A stretch of DNA of 64,000 bases, taken from assembly GCF_022846255.1 (NCBI RefSeq), contig NZ_AP025682.1. One strand, 5' to 3'. Both the position numbers and the translations under genes were made by a program. The number at the start of each line of letters is the position of its first letter. Position 1 is the stretch's first letter. Of the stretch, positions 43,511-59,113 are shown one piece after another. The DNA comes from Escherichia coli (GTDB lineage Bacteria; Pseudomonadota; Gammaproteobacteria; Enterobacterales; Enterobacteriaceae). The notes under the pieces were generated by a model. It ran no database searches. It was not told the origin of the DNA and worked only from the letters and a program-made list of their open reading frames with translations.

Positions 43511-45658
43511 ATGAAAAAAGTCGTCACGGTTTGCCCCTATTGCGCGTCAGGTTGCAAAATCAACCTGGTCGTCGATAACGGCAAAATCGTCCGGGCGGAG
43601 GCAGCGCAGGGGAAAACCAACCAGGGTACCCTGTGTCTGAAGGGTTATTATGGCTGGGACTTCATTAACGATACCCAGATCCTGACCCCGCGCCTGAAAA
43701 CCCCCATGATCCGTCGCCAGCGTGGCGGCAAACTCGAACCTGTTTCCTGGGATGAGGCACTGAATTACGTTGCCGAGCGCCTGAGCGCCATCAAAGAGAA
43801 GTACGGTCCGGATGCCATCCAGACGACCGGCTCCTCGCGTGGTACGGGTAACGAAACCAACTATGTAATGCAAAAATTTGCGCGCGCCGTTATTGGTACC
43901 AATAACGTTGACTGCTGCGCTCGTGTCTGACACGGCCCATCGGTTGCAGGTCTGCACCAATCGGTCGGTAATGGCGCAATGAGCAATGCTATTAACGAAA
44001 TTGATAATACCGATTTAGTGTTCGTTTTCGGGTATAACCCGGCGGATTCCCACCCAATCGTGGCGAATCACGTAATTAACGCTAAACGTAACGGGGCGAA
44101 AATTATCGTCTGCGATCCGCGCAAAATTGAAACTGCGCGCATTGCTGACATGCACATTGCATTGAAAAACGGCTCGAACATCGCGCTGTTGAATGCGATG
44201 GGCCATGTCATTATTGAAGAAAATCTGTACGACAAAGCGTTCGTCGCTTCCCGTACAGAAGGCTTTGAAGAGTATCGTAAAATCGTTGAAGGCTACACGC
44301 CGGAGTCGGTTGAAGATATCACCGGCGTCAGCGCCAGTGAGATTCGTCAGGCGGCATGGATGTATGCCCAGGCGAAAAGCGCCGCCATCCTGTGGGGCAT
44401 GGGTGTAACCCAGTTCTACCAGGGCGTGGAAACCGTGCGTTCTCTGACCAGCCTCGCGATGCTGACCGGTAACCTCGGTAAGCCACATGCGGGTGTTAAC
44501 CCGGTTCGTGGTCAGAACAACGTACAGGGTGCCTGCGATATGGGCGCGCTGCCGGATACGTATCCGGGATACCAGTACGTGAAAGATCCGGCTAACCGCG
44601 AGAAATTCGCCAAAGCCTGGGGCGTGGAAAGCCTGCCCGCTCATACCGGTTATCGCATCAGCGAGCTGCCGCACCGCGCAGCGCATGGTGAAGTGCGTGC
44701 CGCGTACATTATGGGCGAAGATCCGCTACAAACTGACGCGGAGCTGTCGGCAGTACGTAAAGCCTTTGAAGATCTGGAACTGGTCATCGTTCAGGACATC
44801 TTTATGACCAAAACCGCGTCGGCGGCGGATGTCATTTTACCGTCAACGTCGTGGGGCGAGCATGAAGGCGTGTTTACTGCGGCTGACCGTGGCTTCCAGC
44901 GTTTCTTTAAAGCAGTTGAACCGAAATGGGATCTGAAAACGGACTGGCAGATTATCAGTGAAATCGCCACCCGTATGGGTTATCCGATGCACTACAACAA
45001 CACCCAGGAGATCTGGGATGAGTTGCGTCATCTGTGCCCGGATTTCTACGGTGCGACTTACGAGAAAATGGGCGAACTGGGCTTCATTCAGTGGCCTTGC
45101 CGCGATACTTCAGATGCCGATCAGGGGACTTCTTATCTGTTTAAAGAGAAGTTTGATACCCCGAACGGTCTGGCGCAGTTCTTCACCTGCGACTGGGTAG
45201 CGCCAATCGACAAACTCACCGACGAGTACCCGATGGTACTGTCAACGGTGCGTGAAGTTGGTCACTACTCTTGCCGTTCGATGACCGGTAACTGTGCGGC
45301 ACTGGCGGCGCTGGCTGATGAACCTGGCTACGCACAAATCAATACCGAAGACGCCAAACGTCTGGGTATTGAAGATGAGGCATTGGTTTGGGTGCACTCG
45401 CGTAAAGGCAAAATTATCACCCGTGCGCAGGTCAGCGATCGTCCGAACAAAGGGGCGATTTACATGACCTACCAGTGGTGGATTGGTGCCTGTAACGAGC
45501 TGGTTACCGAAAACTTAAGCCCGATTACGAAAACGCCGGAATACAAATACTGCGCCGTGCGCGTCGAGCCGATCGCCGATCAGCGCGCCGCCGAGCAGTA
45601 TGTGATTGACGAGTACAACAAGTTGAAAACTCGCCTGCGCGAAGCGGCACTGGCGTAA
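43511..45658 (+). CDS. fdhF: formate dehydrogenase H, selenocysteine-containing molybdoenzyme (in-frame UGA 43928..43930 read as Sec)
   Basis: ORF track splits it into 43511..43930 and 43979..45658, both in one frame; Cys-rich N-terminal Fe-S motif; SECIS hairpin directly after the UGA; total 715 codons. Confidence 0.9.
43931..43975 (+). other. SECIS stem-loop for selenocysteine insertion in fdhF mRNA
   Basis: cacggcccatcggttgcaggtctgcaccaatcggtcggtaatggc immediately 3' of the in-frame TGA. Confidence 0.75.
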
Positions 45659-45671
45659 TACAGTCCTTTCT

Positions 45672-45699
45672 ACAGCCTCCTTTCGGAGGCTGTTTTTTT
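45672..45699 (+). terminator. fdhF intrinsic terminator
   Basis: acagcctcc-tttc-ggaggctgt followed by a T-run. Confidence 0.8.
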
Positions 45700-45751
45700 A
45701 TCCATTCGAACTCTTTATACTGGTTACTCCCTACCCAATCGTATTATCAAA

Positions 45752-46441
45752 ATGAAAAAAATTATCGCATTGATGTTGTTTTTGACATTCTTTGCCCACG
45801 CGAACGACTCCGAGCCTGGCAGCCAGTATTTAAAGGCAGCAGAGGCCGGAGACCGACGCGCACAATATTTTCTTGCCGACAGCTGGTTTAGCTCCGGCGA
45901 TTTGAGCAAAGCCGAATATTGGGCACAGAAAGCCGCCGACAGCGGTGATGCCGATGCCTGCGCGCTGTTGGCGCAGATCAAAATCACCAATCCGGTCAGT
46001 CTGGACTATCCACAAGCAAAAGTTCTTGCAGAGAAAGCGGCGCAAGCGGGCAGTAAAGAAGGTGAAGTAACGCTGGCGCATATTCTGGTAAATACTCAAG
46101 CGGGTAAACCGGATTATCCAAAGGCAATTTCGCTGTTAGAAAACGCCTCGGAAGATCTGGAGAACGACTCTGCCGTCGATGCCCAAATGCTGCTTGGTTT
46201 GATTTACGCCAACGGCGTGGGCATTAAGGCCGACGATGACAAGGCAACCTGGTATTTCAAACGCAGCTCTGCGATTTCCCGAACCGGTTATTCCGAGTAC
46301 TGGGCGGGAATGATGTTCTTAAACGGTGAAGAAGGTTTTATCGAGAAGAACAAACAAAAGGCGCTGCACTGGTTAAATCTGAGCTGTATGGAAGGGTTTG
46401 ATACCGGGTGTGAAGAGTTTGAAAAATTAACTAACGGTTAA
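45752..46441 (+). CDS. yjcO: Sel1-repeat (TPR-like) periplasmic protein
   Basis: ORF track 229 aa; signal peptide and Sel1-like repeats. Confidence 0.8.
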   Translation: MKKIIALMLFLTFFAHANDSEPGSQYLKAAEAGDRRAQYFLADSWFSSGDLSKAEYWAQKAADSGDADACALLAQIKITNPVSLDYPQAKVLAEKAAQAGSKEGEVTLAHILVNTQAGKPDYPKAISLLENASEDLENDSAVDAQMLLGLIYANGVGIKADDDKATWYFKRSSAISRTGYSEYWAGMMFLNGEEGFIEKNKQKALHWLNLSCMEGFDTGCEEFEKLTNG

Positions 46442-46443
46442 GG

Positions 46444-46481
46444 TAGGCCTGATAAGACGCGGTAAGCGTCGCATCAGGCAT
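46444..46481. repeat. REP element between yjcO and gltP
   Basis: gtaggcctgataagacgcggtaagcgtcgcatcaggca; adjacent GC hairpin gccggg...cccggc at 46491..46510. Confidence 0.7.
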
Positions 46482-46519
46482 CCACATATTGCCGGGTGGA
46501 TATCCCCGGCAATCTTCAA

Positions 46520-47833
46520 TTATTGATCCGCAGTTTTATCAAATTTGCCCAGCACTTCACGCTCATAAGCCAGCGCTTTCTTACGGTCAAATTTGTGTTC
46601 CCACTTGGCAATCACCAGCACCGCCAGCGCATTACCCACCACGTTCAGCGCAGTACGCGCCATATCGAGGATACGGTCAACACCGGCAATAAACGCCAGA
46701 CCTTCCAGCGGAATACCTACGCTACCCAGCGTTGCCAGCAGCACCACAAACGACACGCCCGGCACGCCAGCAATCCCTTTCGAGGTCACCATCAGCGTCA
46801 GCACCAGAATGATTTCCTGCCAGATGGACAGGTCAATGCCATACAGCTGAGCGATGAAAATAGCGGCAATACTTTGATACAGCGTCGAACCATCAAGGTT
46901 AAAAGAGTAACCGGTCGGCACCACGAAACTGGTGATCGACGCCGGTGCACCGTAGGCTTCCATCTTCTCAATAATTCGCGGCAGCACGCTTTCAGAACTG
47001 GCAGTGGAGTACGCCAGAATCAGCTCATCTTTCAGAATACGAATCAGGATCCAGACACTTAACCCGCACAGGCGCGCCACAATTCCCAGTACGACCAGCG
47101 CGAAGAACAGAATGGCGAAATGCACCAACAGCACCAGTTTCGCCAGTGGCCACAGAGACGAGAAACCAAAGTTAGCCACCGTCACCGCAATCAGCGCAAA
47201 CACACCCACCGGCGCATAACGCATCACCATGTGAGTCACTTTAAACATGGTTTCAGAGATGGAGCGGAAAACGGTCACCAGCGGTTCACGATGCGTCGCG
47301 GGCAGGGATGAAAGCCCCAGACCAAACAGCACCGAGAAGAAGATGATCGGCAGCATTTCGCCTTTCGCCATCGACGCCACGATGTTCGTCGGCACCAGCG
47401 ACAAAATCGTGCCCATAATGCCGTGGGAACTGCTTTGTACCGCTTCCGTGGTGCTCTGATATTTCGAGATATCGACGGTCGCCAGCTGCGACATATCCAC
47501 CCCGGCACCGGGCTGGAAGACGTTCGCCAGAGTGATCCCCAAAATGATGGCGACGGTGGTGATCACCTCGAAGTAGATAATGGTTTTCGCACCAATACGC
47601 CCGAGCTGTTTGGCATCACCAACACCCGCGATACCCACCACCAGCGTGGAGATCACAATCGGCACAACAATCATTTTGATCAGATGGATGAAGATATCAC
47701 CCGCCGGAGAGAGCAAATTGACGACCAGCCAGTCGCGGCTGTCGCTATGGTAGTGCAGGTAGCTTCCCAGGAGAATGCCCAGCACCATAGCAAACAGAAT
47801 CTGCCAGGCCAGGCTGAATTTTATATTTTTCAT
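46520..47833 (-). CDS. gltP: glutamate/aspartate:proton symporter (DAACS family)
   Basis: ORF track 437 aa. Confidence 0.9.
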   Translation of the reverse strand: MKNIKFSLAWQILFAMVLGILLGSYLHYHSDSRDWLVVNLLSPAGDIFIHLIKMIVVPIVISTLVVGIAGVGDAKQLGRIGAKTIIYFEVITTVAIILGITLANVFQPGAGVDMSQLATVDISKYQSTTEAVQSSSHGIMGTILSLVPTNIVASMAKGEMLPIIFFSVLFGLGLSSLPATHREPLVTVFRSISETMFKVTHMVMRYAPVGVFALIAVTVANFGFSSLWPLAKLVLLVHFAILFFALVVLGIVARLCGLSVWILIRILKDELILAYSTASSESVLPRIIEKMEAYGAPASITSFVVPTGYSFNLDGSTLYQSIAAIFIAQLYGIDLSIWQEIILVLTLMVTSKGIAGVPGVSFVVLLATLGSVGIPLEGLAFIAGVDRILDMARTALNVVGNALAVLVIAKWEHKFDRKKALAYEREVLGKFDKTADQ

Positions 47834-48175
47834 CAGAATAACTTCCTCAATGGAGCGCCGTTCCCCGTTCAGAAACGCGAGAACGTGACATACTGCCAGG
47901 GCATGAATTGTGTTGCGTTGGTTTGTAGATTTTTTTAACGCTTATGATCAGTATCATTTGCGCGGTATGTTGCGCAACCCTTTAACAACAGAGCTTTTCG
48001 CTGCATTAATGCATAATAACGCGAGTTTATGGCAGGATTAATGAATAACCATTTGTTATAGAAGGATTTTTATTTGTTTAATCTGCAATAATACTGATTG
48101 GTGATTATTTTTGATTATATGTTCATTCGATTATTTTTTATGCAGCTCAATAACATAATCTTCATCACCAGATGA

Positions 48176-48772
48176 TTAATCTGATTTCCGCTGCAACAAT
48201 TTCGCCATATTAATCGACTCGACCAGCTGTGTCCGGTTGATCCGGGGTGAGTTGAGATCCATCACTTTTTGCCATAGTTCGATGGCTTGCGCGTAGTTCG
48301 CCTGCATAAACGCATCGGAAGCCAGCAGCATCAGAGCGGTGATTTCGTTAGAGTCCAGCGCGAGGGCTCTGTCGATCATTGCGCGAGCCTGGACGGTCAT
48401 ATGTTGGCTGGCCTGGTAATACAGCACCGTCGCCAGCGCCGCATACAGTTCAGCGTTCTCACCACGTAGTTGCAACGCCTGACGGTACGCCAGCAGCGAA
48501 TTGCTGTAATCGTTTTGCCACAGATAATACTCGCCCAGTAACGCCCACTGTTCGCTGTTTTGTGGATTAGCACGGATTTTATCCTGCAATGCCTGAAGCT
48601 GCGCTTCCGGGGTTTGCTGGCTGGCAAACTGATGCAGCGGATCGCGCTGACGCTGATACTCCGCACGTACCGCCTGCCATTTTGGACTTAACAGATAACT
48701 GCCGACACAGAGAAATACCATCAAAATCGTGAGTGTTGTCAGCATTTTCACCGGTATTTGGGGCTGTTTCAT
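48176..48772 (-). CDS. nrfG: TPR protein for heme attachment to NrfA
   Basis: ORF track 48176..48838 trimmed to the start giving 198 aa ([13 protein letters not shown]...). Confidence 0.8.
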   Translation of the reverse strand: MKQPQIPVKMLTTLTILMVFLCVGSYLLSPKWQAVRAEYQRQRDPLHQFASQQTPEAQLQALQDKIRANPQNSEQWALLGEYYLWQNDYSNSLLAYRQALQLRGENAELYAALATVLYYQASQHMTVQARAMIDRALALDSNEITALMLLASDAFMQANYAQAIELWQKVMDLNSPRINRTQLVESINMAKLLQRKSD

Positions 48773-49152
48773 CGCTTCGCCCTCACTCGCCAGAGGATCA
48801 GTGCCATCAGCAGTAACAACACTACTGGCAGCGCCCACAACACCAGCGTCTGACCCGTTAACGGTGGGTTATAGCGAACAAAATCTCCGTAGCGTTCGGT
48901 CATCCAGCCAATGATTTCGACTTCACTTTTCCCCTCTTCCACCATGGTGTAAACCTGATGGCGCATACTGACTGCCACCGGCGCATTGGATTCCAGTAAG
49001 TTCTGATTCTGGCACTGCGGACAACGTAACTGGCTGGCAATATTTAACGCCTGTTCCTGTTGTTGCGGATTGGCGAATTGCCAGGTGTCTACAACCTGAG
49101 CGCGCGCAAAACAGGTAAATAACAGCAGTAGCGTGAGAAGCCCTTTATTCAT
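48769..49152 (-). CDS. nrfF: thiol-disulfide/heme lyase component
   Basis: ORF track 127 aa; CxxC...CQNQ motif; overlaps its neighbours. Confidence 0.85.
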   Translation of the reverse strand: MNKGLLTLLLLFTCFARAQVVDTWQFANPQQQEQALNIASQLRCPQCQNQNLLESNAPVAVSMRHQVYTMVEEGKSEVEIIGWMTERYGDFVRYNPPLTGQTLVLWALPVVLLLLMALILWRVRAKR

Positions 49153-50827
49153 CGCGCTTCCTTCCCCACCATCCGCTTAACAATGCGCCCGAAATCATCA
49201 ACAATCCTCCCCCCCAGATCCAGCGCACACCGCTTTGTACATACAAACGAAATGCGTAACGATCCGCTCCGGTTTTCTCTCCCATGACCGCATACCAGTC
49301 ATGGATGCCGTTCCAGCGAATTGACGGTTCCATCATTTGCTGACGACGTGCTTCGTAAAAACGCCGCTCCGGCGTTAATTCACCAATGCGTTGCTGATGG
49401 TCAAACAGTGCCACTATCGCTTTTTCGCTGGTGTAATTGCCTTTGGCTTGCAGATCGAGGCGCTCAAAACGGAAGGTGTATCCTGCCAGCGTCACCTGCT
49501 GACCCGGCTGTAAATTCAGGCTGATCTCCTGACGGCTGACGCTGGAAACCACAATCCCCGCGGCAAATAACAGCACGCCCGCATGCGCCAGCAGCGCCGG
49601 AAGCTGAGCACGTTTGCCAGAGACAAACGTCGCCAGCACAATCACCACCAGCATCAACAGAGCAAACGGTAACGTCGCGCGGTTAAAATACGGCGCGCCA
49701 ACGGAGAGGCGTCCCCAGCCCAGCAGGCCGTAAATCATCGGATAAAGCGTTCCCACCAGCACGATCAGTAGCACTGCGCAAAACAGCAACAGCGTAGCGA
49801 GGATTAACATTTCCCGCGATAACCCCGAAAAACGCACCGCCGGGCCACCGTCCCGCGCTCGCCAGCCATACAGAGCCAGAGACGCAAGGCTAATCAGTGC
49901 AAACAGGCTGAACAACGGCACGGCGCGGACGTTATCCAGCGCGAACGCATGAACCGAAACCAGAATGCCAGAACGGACAATTAAGGTGCCCAGCAGCGAC
50001 AGCATCAGAGTTACTATCGCCAGCAACAGCGACCAGTGGCGGAAAATCCCCCGCTGGCGTGTCAGGGATAAACTGTGCAGCAGCGCTGTGGCAGAAAGCC
50101 AGGGTAATAACGACGCGTTTTCCACCGGATCCCAGAACCACCAGCCGCCCCAGCCCAGTTCGCAATAGGCCCACCAGGAACCGAGGATGATCCCCGCCGT
50201 TAATGCGCTCCAGCCAGGTAGTGCCCAACGCCAGCAAATTCGGGCGCTGGCACCATCAAGCTCGCCGCGCAGTAAACTCGCCAGTGCCACGCTCGCCGCC
50301 ACCATCAAACCGCCGTAGCCGAGATAAAGCAGCGGTGGATGAAAGATAAGACCGGGATGTTGCAGCATCGGATTGAGATCGCGGCCTTCGATTGCTGGTG
50401 GAAATATCCGCACGAAGGGATCGGACCACAGCACCACAAACAGTAGCAGTGTGGCGAGCATGAGAGATAAAACGGCTAGCGTCAGCGGAAATAGCGGATC
50501 GGTTTGCTGTCGATAATGCCAGGCAAACAGCGCGCTCCAGGCGGAAAGCAGCAGCACCCAAAGCAGCAGCGAACCTTCATGACCGCCCCACACCGCCGCC
50601 AGTTTGAGTTCCCACGACAGCAGGCTATAGCTATGTTGGGCGACATAAATGACCGAGAAATCGCTGATGAGAAAACAATACGTCAGTACGCCAAAGGCGA
50701 GCAGCAGGAGCGCGAACTGCGCCAGAATGCCGATGCAAGTGAGTCGCATCATGGCAGGCCAGCGCAACCGCACTCCCGCGAAGGCCGTCAACGGGGTCAA
50801 CACGTTGACCCCGAGACTTAACAACAA
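49145..50827 (-). CDS. nrfE: CcmF-like heme lyase for the nitrite reductase
   Basis: ORF track 560 aa; the true start may be a few codons downstream; polytopic membrane protein. Confidence 0.8.
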   Translation of the reverse strand: MLLSLGVNVLTPLTAFAGVRLRWPAMMRLTCIGILAQFALLLLAFGVLTYCFLISDFSVIYVAQHSYSLLSWELKLAAVWGGHEGSLLLWVLLLSAWSALFAWHYRQQTDPLFPLTLAVLSLMLATLLLFVVLWSDPFVRIFPPAIEGRDLNPMLQHPGLIFHPPLLYLGYGGLMVAASVALASLLRGELDGASARICWRWALPGWSALTAGIILGSWWAYCELGWGGWWFWDPVENASLLPWLSATALLHSLSLTRQRGIFRHWSLLLAIVTLMLSLLGTLIVRSGILVSVHAFALDNVRAVPLFSLFALISLASLALYGWRARDGGPAVRFSGLSREMLILATLLLFCAVLLIVLVGTLYPMIYGLLGWGRLSVGAPYFNRATLPFALLMLVVIVLATFVSGKRAQLPALLAHAGVLLFAAGIVVSSVSRQEISLNLQPGQQVTLAGYTFRFERLDLQAKGNYTSEKAIVALFDHQQRIGELTPERRFYEARRQQMMEPSIRWNGIHDWYAVMGEKTGADRYAFRLYVQSGVRWIWGGGLLMISGALLSGWWGRKRDE

Positions 50828-50882
50828 CGCCAGAAAACTGACTTCAGGAAGGAATACGTCCAGAAACCACCTCTGTTCTGGC

Positions 50883-51839
50883 TTACGCCACCGTTAACTG
50901 CCCGGCGTAGAGAATGAAAAAGCGCAGCATCAACACGCCGACCAGGCTGGCCCCACATGCCGCCAGCACGGCAGGAATGCCGGAACTGCGATTGACCCAC
51001 GGTTTGAGCAACATTGGCACAATCAGCCCCAGCCCGGCGACACCAAGCCAGAACCACCACGTCCAGAAACCGCCGCCCAATGCCGCCACCAGCGCACGCA
51101 CTTTACCGTCATCGCCCAGCGCCAGACCGACAAAAAACGCCACCAGCAGGAAGATTTCACCCCATACCACGGGGATTTCCATACGGTGTACAAAGTGCGC
51201 TTCCGTGGAATGCGGGTTACTGCGTTGCCGTATCGCCATGGCGATCAGCGCCACCGCCGCACCAGACGAGATGCCGGAGAAGAGGAACAGCACCGGCAGG
51301 ATCGGGTTATTGAGGAACGGATACGATTTCAGCGCCGACAGCAGAAAGCCGGTATAAGCCCCCAACAACACCGCCAGCACCAGCATCAATGTTTCCAGTC
51401 CGCGATGAACGGGCGTCAGCAGGCTCAAGACCTTTTGCACGATCCCCAGCTTCGGCAACCAGCGTTGTTGCAGGGCAAGCAAATCATGTTCAAAGATTTT
51501 CGCCAGCCACAGCACCAGCACCACCATGTAAAGCTGAAACAGCATCACCCCCATCGACATCACCGAGGTAAAACTGTAGTGGAACATCAGCTTCCAGAAG
51601 GTCCACGGTCTTGTCAGGTGGAAGACGAGGATCAACAGACCGAGGATCACCGCGCCAGGCCCGACAATCAGCGTGGTGCGCAACAACGTACTGTCTGCAC
51701 CGCCCGCCTGCGGGTAGACACGACGTAACAGCACGGCCAGCGTCACCAGACCGGCAGAAATACCAATCAAAAACAGGTAGATGGCAATCGGCCAGTCCCA
51801 CACCAGCGATTCAAAATGAAATGCGGAAGTCTGCGTCAT
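50883..51839 (-). CDS. nrfD: nitrite reductase membrane quinol-oxidising subunit (NrfD/PsrC family)
   Basis: ORF track 318 aa. Confidence 0.88.
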   Translation of the reverse strand: MTQTSAFHFESLVWDWPIAIYLFLIGISAGLVTLAVLLRRVYPQAGGADSTLLRTTLIVGPGAVILGLLILVFHLTRPWTFWKLMFHYSFTSVMSMGVMLFQLYMVVLVLWLAKIFEHDLLALQQRWLPKLGIVQKVLSLLTPVHRGLETLMLVLAVLLGAYTGFLLSALKSYPFLNNPILPVLFLFSGISSGAAVALIAMAIRQRSNPHSTEAHFVHRMEIPVVWGEIFLLVAFFVGLALGDDGKVRALVAALGGGFWTWWFWLGVAGLGLIVPMLLKPWVNRSSGIPAVLAACGASLVGVLMLRFFILYAGQLTVA

Positions 51840-52507
51840 TGGCTCACCTCCCCGTATTTAAACGGTACGCGGTACAGCTTCGGTTTGGTTCCCAGCGCCA
51901 GCTTGTAGCGGTAAGTGGGCTTCTGGCGCAGCAGTTGCGAAATCTCACTGCTGGGATCGTCCAGATTGCCAAACGTCAGCGCCTTCGTCGGGCAAGCCTC
52001 AACGCACGCGGGCAGCTTACCGGCCTGCAAATGGGTCTTACGGCAGAAATCGCATTTGTCCGCCGTCTTCGTGACCGGATGGATAAAGCGCACGCGGTAC
52101 GGACAGGCGGCGATGCAGTACTGACAACCGACACAGAGATCCGGATTAACATCGACAATCCCACTGGCAGCGTCGCGAAAAGACGCACCGGTCGGGCAAA
52201 CGTCAACGCACGGCGCATGATCGCAGTGCTGGCAAGACTTACGGAAGAAGCGATATTTCACATCAGGAAATTCGCCCTGCGGCTCGCTACGAATAATCGT
52301 CAGGCGCGAGACGCCTTCCGGCACCTTGTTCACTTCCCGACAAGCATCCATACAGGCGGTACAGCCGATGCATAACGACTCGTCATGCACCATGCCGTAA
52401 CGCACCCCATTGATATTCAACGTTTTCGCCACCACGCGTCCTGCGGTGCCGCTGACGGCGGCCAGCACGCCGACGCCGGTGAGAAACTGGCGACGAGACC
52501 AGGTCAT
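51836..52507 (-). CDS. nrfC: 4Fe-4S ferredoxin-type subunit
   Basis: ORF track 223 aa; Tat-type signal; several CxxCxxCxxxCP motifs. Confidence 0.88.
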   Translation of the reverse strand: MTWSRRQFLTGVGVLAAVSGTAGRVVAKTLNINGVRYGMVHDESLCIGCTACMDACREVNKVPEGVSRLTIIRSEPQGEFPDVKYRFFRKSCQHCDHAPCVDVCPTGASFRDAASGIVDVNPDLCVGCQYCIAACPYRVRFIHPVTKTADKCDFCRKTHLQAGKLPACVEACPTKALTFGNLDDPSSEISQLLRQKPTYRYKLALGTKPKLYRVPFKYGEVSQ

Positions 52508-53070
52508 GGCTGCTCCTTAAGCAACGGAACAGACGCCGGGTTAAAGTTCGGATTGGTGCGCTGATCGCTGTGGCAATCGACGCAAATCTTAATCCGTCCT
52601 TTGTCACTTAACGTCTGCATCGTATCTTGCTGTGGATGCAGGGAATGGCAGCTGGCGCACGCCACTTTGGTTACGTGGACATCGTGCGGCCAGAACGCTT
52701 TTTGCAACTGTTCCGGCAGATGGCAGGACATACAGACGCTGTTCTGCTCTCCAACCTTGTACATCGGCTCGTTAAAGCGCATCACATCCTTCACCCCTTC
52801 GCGGTGTTGCGGTGATGGCTGACCGTGGCAGTTGGTGCAGGTGACCGGCAGTTTGTTATTCGGGTTGATAACAGAAGCATGTTTGCCATGCATACCTTCG
52901 GTATCTGGCTTATGACAGTCCAGACAGGCGGCATCCGGGTTACGCTGCTGGGTAACTTCGTAGCGATCACCAGATGCCTGCGCCGCAGGGGTAGCGGTAA
53001 TTCCGTTCAGGCTCCACAACATGCCCGACGCCAGCACCCCGGCAGTTAATAACGAACGTAATACGCTCAT
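52504..53070 (-). CDS. nrfB: pentaheme cytochrome c
   Basis: ORF track trimmed to 188 aa (MSVLRSLL...); five CxxCH motifs. Confidence 0.88.
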   Translation of the reverse strand: MSVLRSLLTAGVLASGMLWSLNGITATPAAQASGDRYEVTQQRNPDAACLDCHKPDTEGMHGKHASVINPNNKLPVTCTNCHGQPSPQHREGVKDVMRFNEPMYKVGEQNSVCMSCHLPEQLQKAFWPHDVHVTKVACASCHSLHPQQDTMQTLSDKGRIKICVDCHSDQRTNPNFNPASVPLLKEQP

Positions 53071-53114
53071 ATTCACTCCATTGTGTTTTCCGCCCCTTGC
53101 GAGGCGGAACGGGG

Positions 53115-54942
<1,828 letters not shown>

Positions 54943-56901
54943 ATGAGTCAAATTCACAAACACACCATTCCTGCCAACATCGCAGACCGTTGCCTGATAA
55001 ACCCTCAGCAGTACGAGGCGATGTATCAACAATCTATTAACGCACCTGATACCTTCTGGGGCGAACAGGGAAAAATTCTCGACTGGATCAAACCGTACCA
55101 GAAGGTGAAAAACACCTCCTTTGCCCCCGGTAATGTGTCCATTAAATGGTACGAGGACGGCACGCTGAATCTGGCGGCAAACTGCCTTGACCGCCATCTG
55201 CAAGAAAACGGCGCTCGTACCGCCATCATCTGGGAAGGCGACGACGCCAGCCAGAGCAAACATATCAGCTATAAAGAGCTGCACCGCGACGTCTGCCGCT
55301 TCGCCAATACCCTGCTCGAGCTGGGCATTAAAAAAGGTGATGTGGTGGCGATTTATATGCCGATGGTGCCGGAAGCCGCGGTCGCGATGCTGGCCTGCGC
55401 CCGCATTGGCGCGGTGCATTCGGTAATTTTCGGCGGCTTCTCGCCGGAAGCCGTTGCCGGGCGCATTATCGATTCTAACTCACGGTTGGTGATCACTTCC
55501 GACGAAGGCGTGCGCGCCGGGCGTAGTATTCCGCTGAAGAAAAACGTTGATGACGCGCTGAAAAACCCGAACGTCACCAGCGTAGAGCATGTGGTGGTAC
55601 TGAAGCGTACTGGCGGAAAAATCGACTGGCAGGAAGGGCGCGACCTGTGGTGGCACGACCTGGTTGAGCAAGCCAGCGATCAGCACCAGGCGGAAGAGAT
55701 GAACGCCGAAGATCCGCTGTTTATTCTCTACACCTCCGGTTCTACCGGGAAGCCGAAAGGCGTGCTGCACACTACCGGCGGTTATCTGGTGTACGCGGCG
55801 CTGACCTTTAAATATGTCTTTGATTATCATCCGGGTGATATCTACTGGTGCACCGCCGATGTGGGCTGGGTTACCGGACACAGTTATTTGCTGTACGGCC
55901 CGCTGGCCTGCGGCGCGACCACGCTGATGTTTGAAGGCGTACCGAACTGGCCGACGCCTGCCCGTATGGCGCAGGTGGTGGACAAGCATCAGGTCAATAT
56001 TCTCTATACCGCGCCCACGGCGATTCGTGCGCTGATGGCGGAAGGTGATAAAGCGATCGAAGGTACTGACCGTTCGTCGCTGCGCATTCTCGGTTCTGTG
56101 GGCGAGCCAATTAACCCGGAAGCGTGGGAGTGGTACTGGAAAAAAATCGGCAACGAGAAATGCCCGGTGGTCGACACCTGGTGGCAGACAGAAACTGGCG
56201 GTTTCATGATCACCCCGCTGCCTGGCGCTACCGAGCTAAAAGCCGGTTCGGCAACACGTCCGTTCTTCGGCGTGCAACCGGCGCTGGTCGATAACGAAGG
56301 TCACCCGCTGGAAGGGGCCACCGAAGGCAGCCTGGTGATTACTGACTCCTGGCCGGGTCAGGCGCGTACGCTGTTTGGCGATCACGAACGTTTTGAGCAG
56401 ACCTACTTCTCCACCTTCAAAAATATGTATTTCAGCGGCGACGGCGCGCGTCGCGATGAAGATGGCTATTACTGGATCACCGGGCGCGTGGACGACGTGC
56501 TGAACGTCTCCGGTCACCGCCTGGGGACGGCAGAGATTGAGTCGGCGCTGGTGGCGCATCCGAAAATTGCCGAAGCCGCTGTGGTCGGTATTCCGCACAA
56601 TATTAAAGGTCAGGCGATCTACGCCTACGTCACGCTTAATCACGGGGAGGAACCGTCACCAGAACTGTACGCAGAAGTCCGCAACTGGGTGCGTAAAGAG
56701 ATTGGCCCGCTGGCGACGCCAGACGTGCTGCACTGGACCGACTCCCTGCCTAAAACCCGCTCCGGCAAAATTATGCGCCGTATTCTGCGCAAAATTGCGG
56801 CGGGCGATACCAGCAACCTGGGCGATACCTCGACGCTTGCCGATCCTGGCGTAGTCGAGAAGCTGCTTGAAGAGAAGCAGGCCATCGCGATGCCATCGTA
56901 A
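54943..56901 (+). CDS. acs: acetyl-CoA synthetase
   Basis: ORF track 652 aa; AMP-binding motif [11 protein letters not shown]. Confidence 0.92.
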   Translation: MSQIHKHTIPANIADRCLINPQQYEAMYQQSINAPDTFWGEQGKILDWIKPYQKVKNTSFAPGNVSIKWYEDGTLNLAANCLDRHLQENGARTAIIWEGDDASQSKHISYKELHRDVCRFANTLLELGIKKGDVVAIYMPMVPEAAVAMLACARIGAVHSVIFGGFSPEAVAGRIIDSNSRLVITSDEGVRAGRSIPLKKNVDDALKNPNVTSVEHVVVLKRTGGKIDWQEGRDLWWHDLVEQASDQHQAEEMNAEDPLFILYTSGSTGKPKGVLHTTGGYLVYAALTFKYVFDYHPGDIYWCTADVGWVTGHSYLLYGPLACGATTLMFEGVPNWPTPARMAQVVDKHQVNILYTAPTAIRALMAEGDKAIEGTDRSSLRILGSVGEPINPEAWEWYWKKIGNEKCPVVDTWWQTETGGFMITPLPGATELKAGSATRPFFGVQPALVDNEGHPLEGATEGSLVITDSWPGQARTLFGDHERFEQTYFSTFKNMYFSGDGARRDEDGYYWITGRVDDVLNVSGHRLGTAEIESALVAHPKIAEAAVVGIPHNIKGQAIYAYVTLNHGEEPSPELYAEVRNWVRKEIGPLATPDVLHWTDSLPKTRSGKIMRRILRKIAAGDTSNLGDTSTLADPGVVEKLLEEKQAIAMPS

Positions 56902-56910
56902 CCCACAATT

Positions 56911-57025
56911 GCCGGATGCGCTCCGGGCAACAAGTCGGAAACGATTTGTAGGCCTGATAAGACGCGACAGCGTCGCATCAGGCGTTGATTGCCGGATGCG
57001 GCGTGAATGCCTTATCCGGCCTACA
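56911..57025. repeat. REP cluster downstream of acs
   Basis: Three REP-like units with the gccggatgcg... and gcctgataagacgcg... cores. Confidence 0.7.
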
Positions 57026-57112
57026 TTCGGCAAGGGTTACCCAAGCGTTAACCTTCTCCCATAAGGGAGCGGGAATTAAAACAATCCCTACATTACCTCT
57101 GGAGAATCTGTG

Positions 57113-59073
<1,961 letters not shown>

Positions 59074-59082
59074 TCTCTCCCC

Positions 59083-59113
59083 TTCCCCGGTCGCTTGATC
59101 GGGGAATTTCTTC
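59083..59113 (+). terminator. actP intrinsic terminator, shared with the convergent LrgB-like gene
   Basis: ttccccg-gtcgcttgat-cggggaa followed by tttcttc; the LrgB-like stop codon lies in the T-tail. Confidence 0.6.

Noticed and set aside
43979-45658. ORF-track entry that looks like a separate 559-aa gene
   Set aside because: It is the in-frame continuation of fdhF after the selenocysteine UGA at 43928..43930, so it is merged into one CDS
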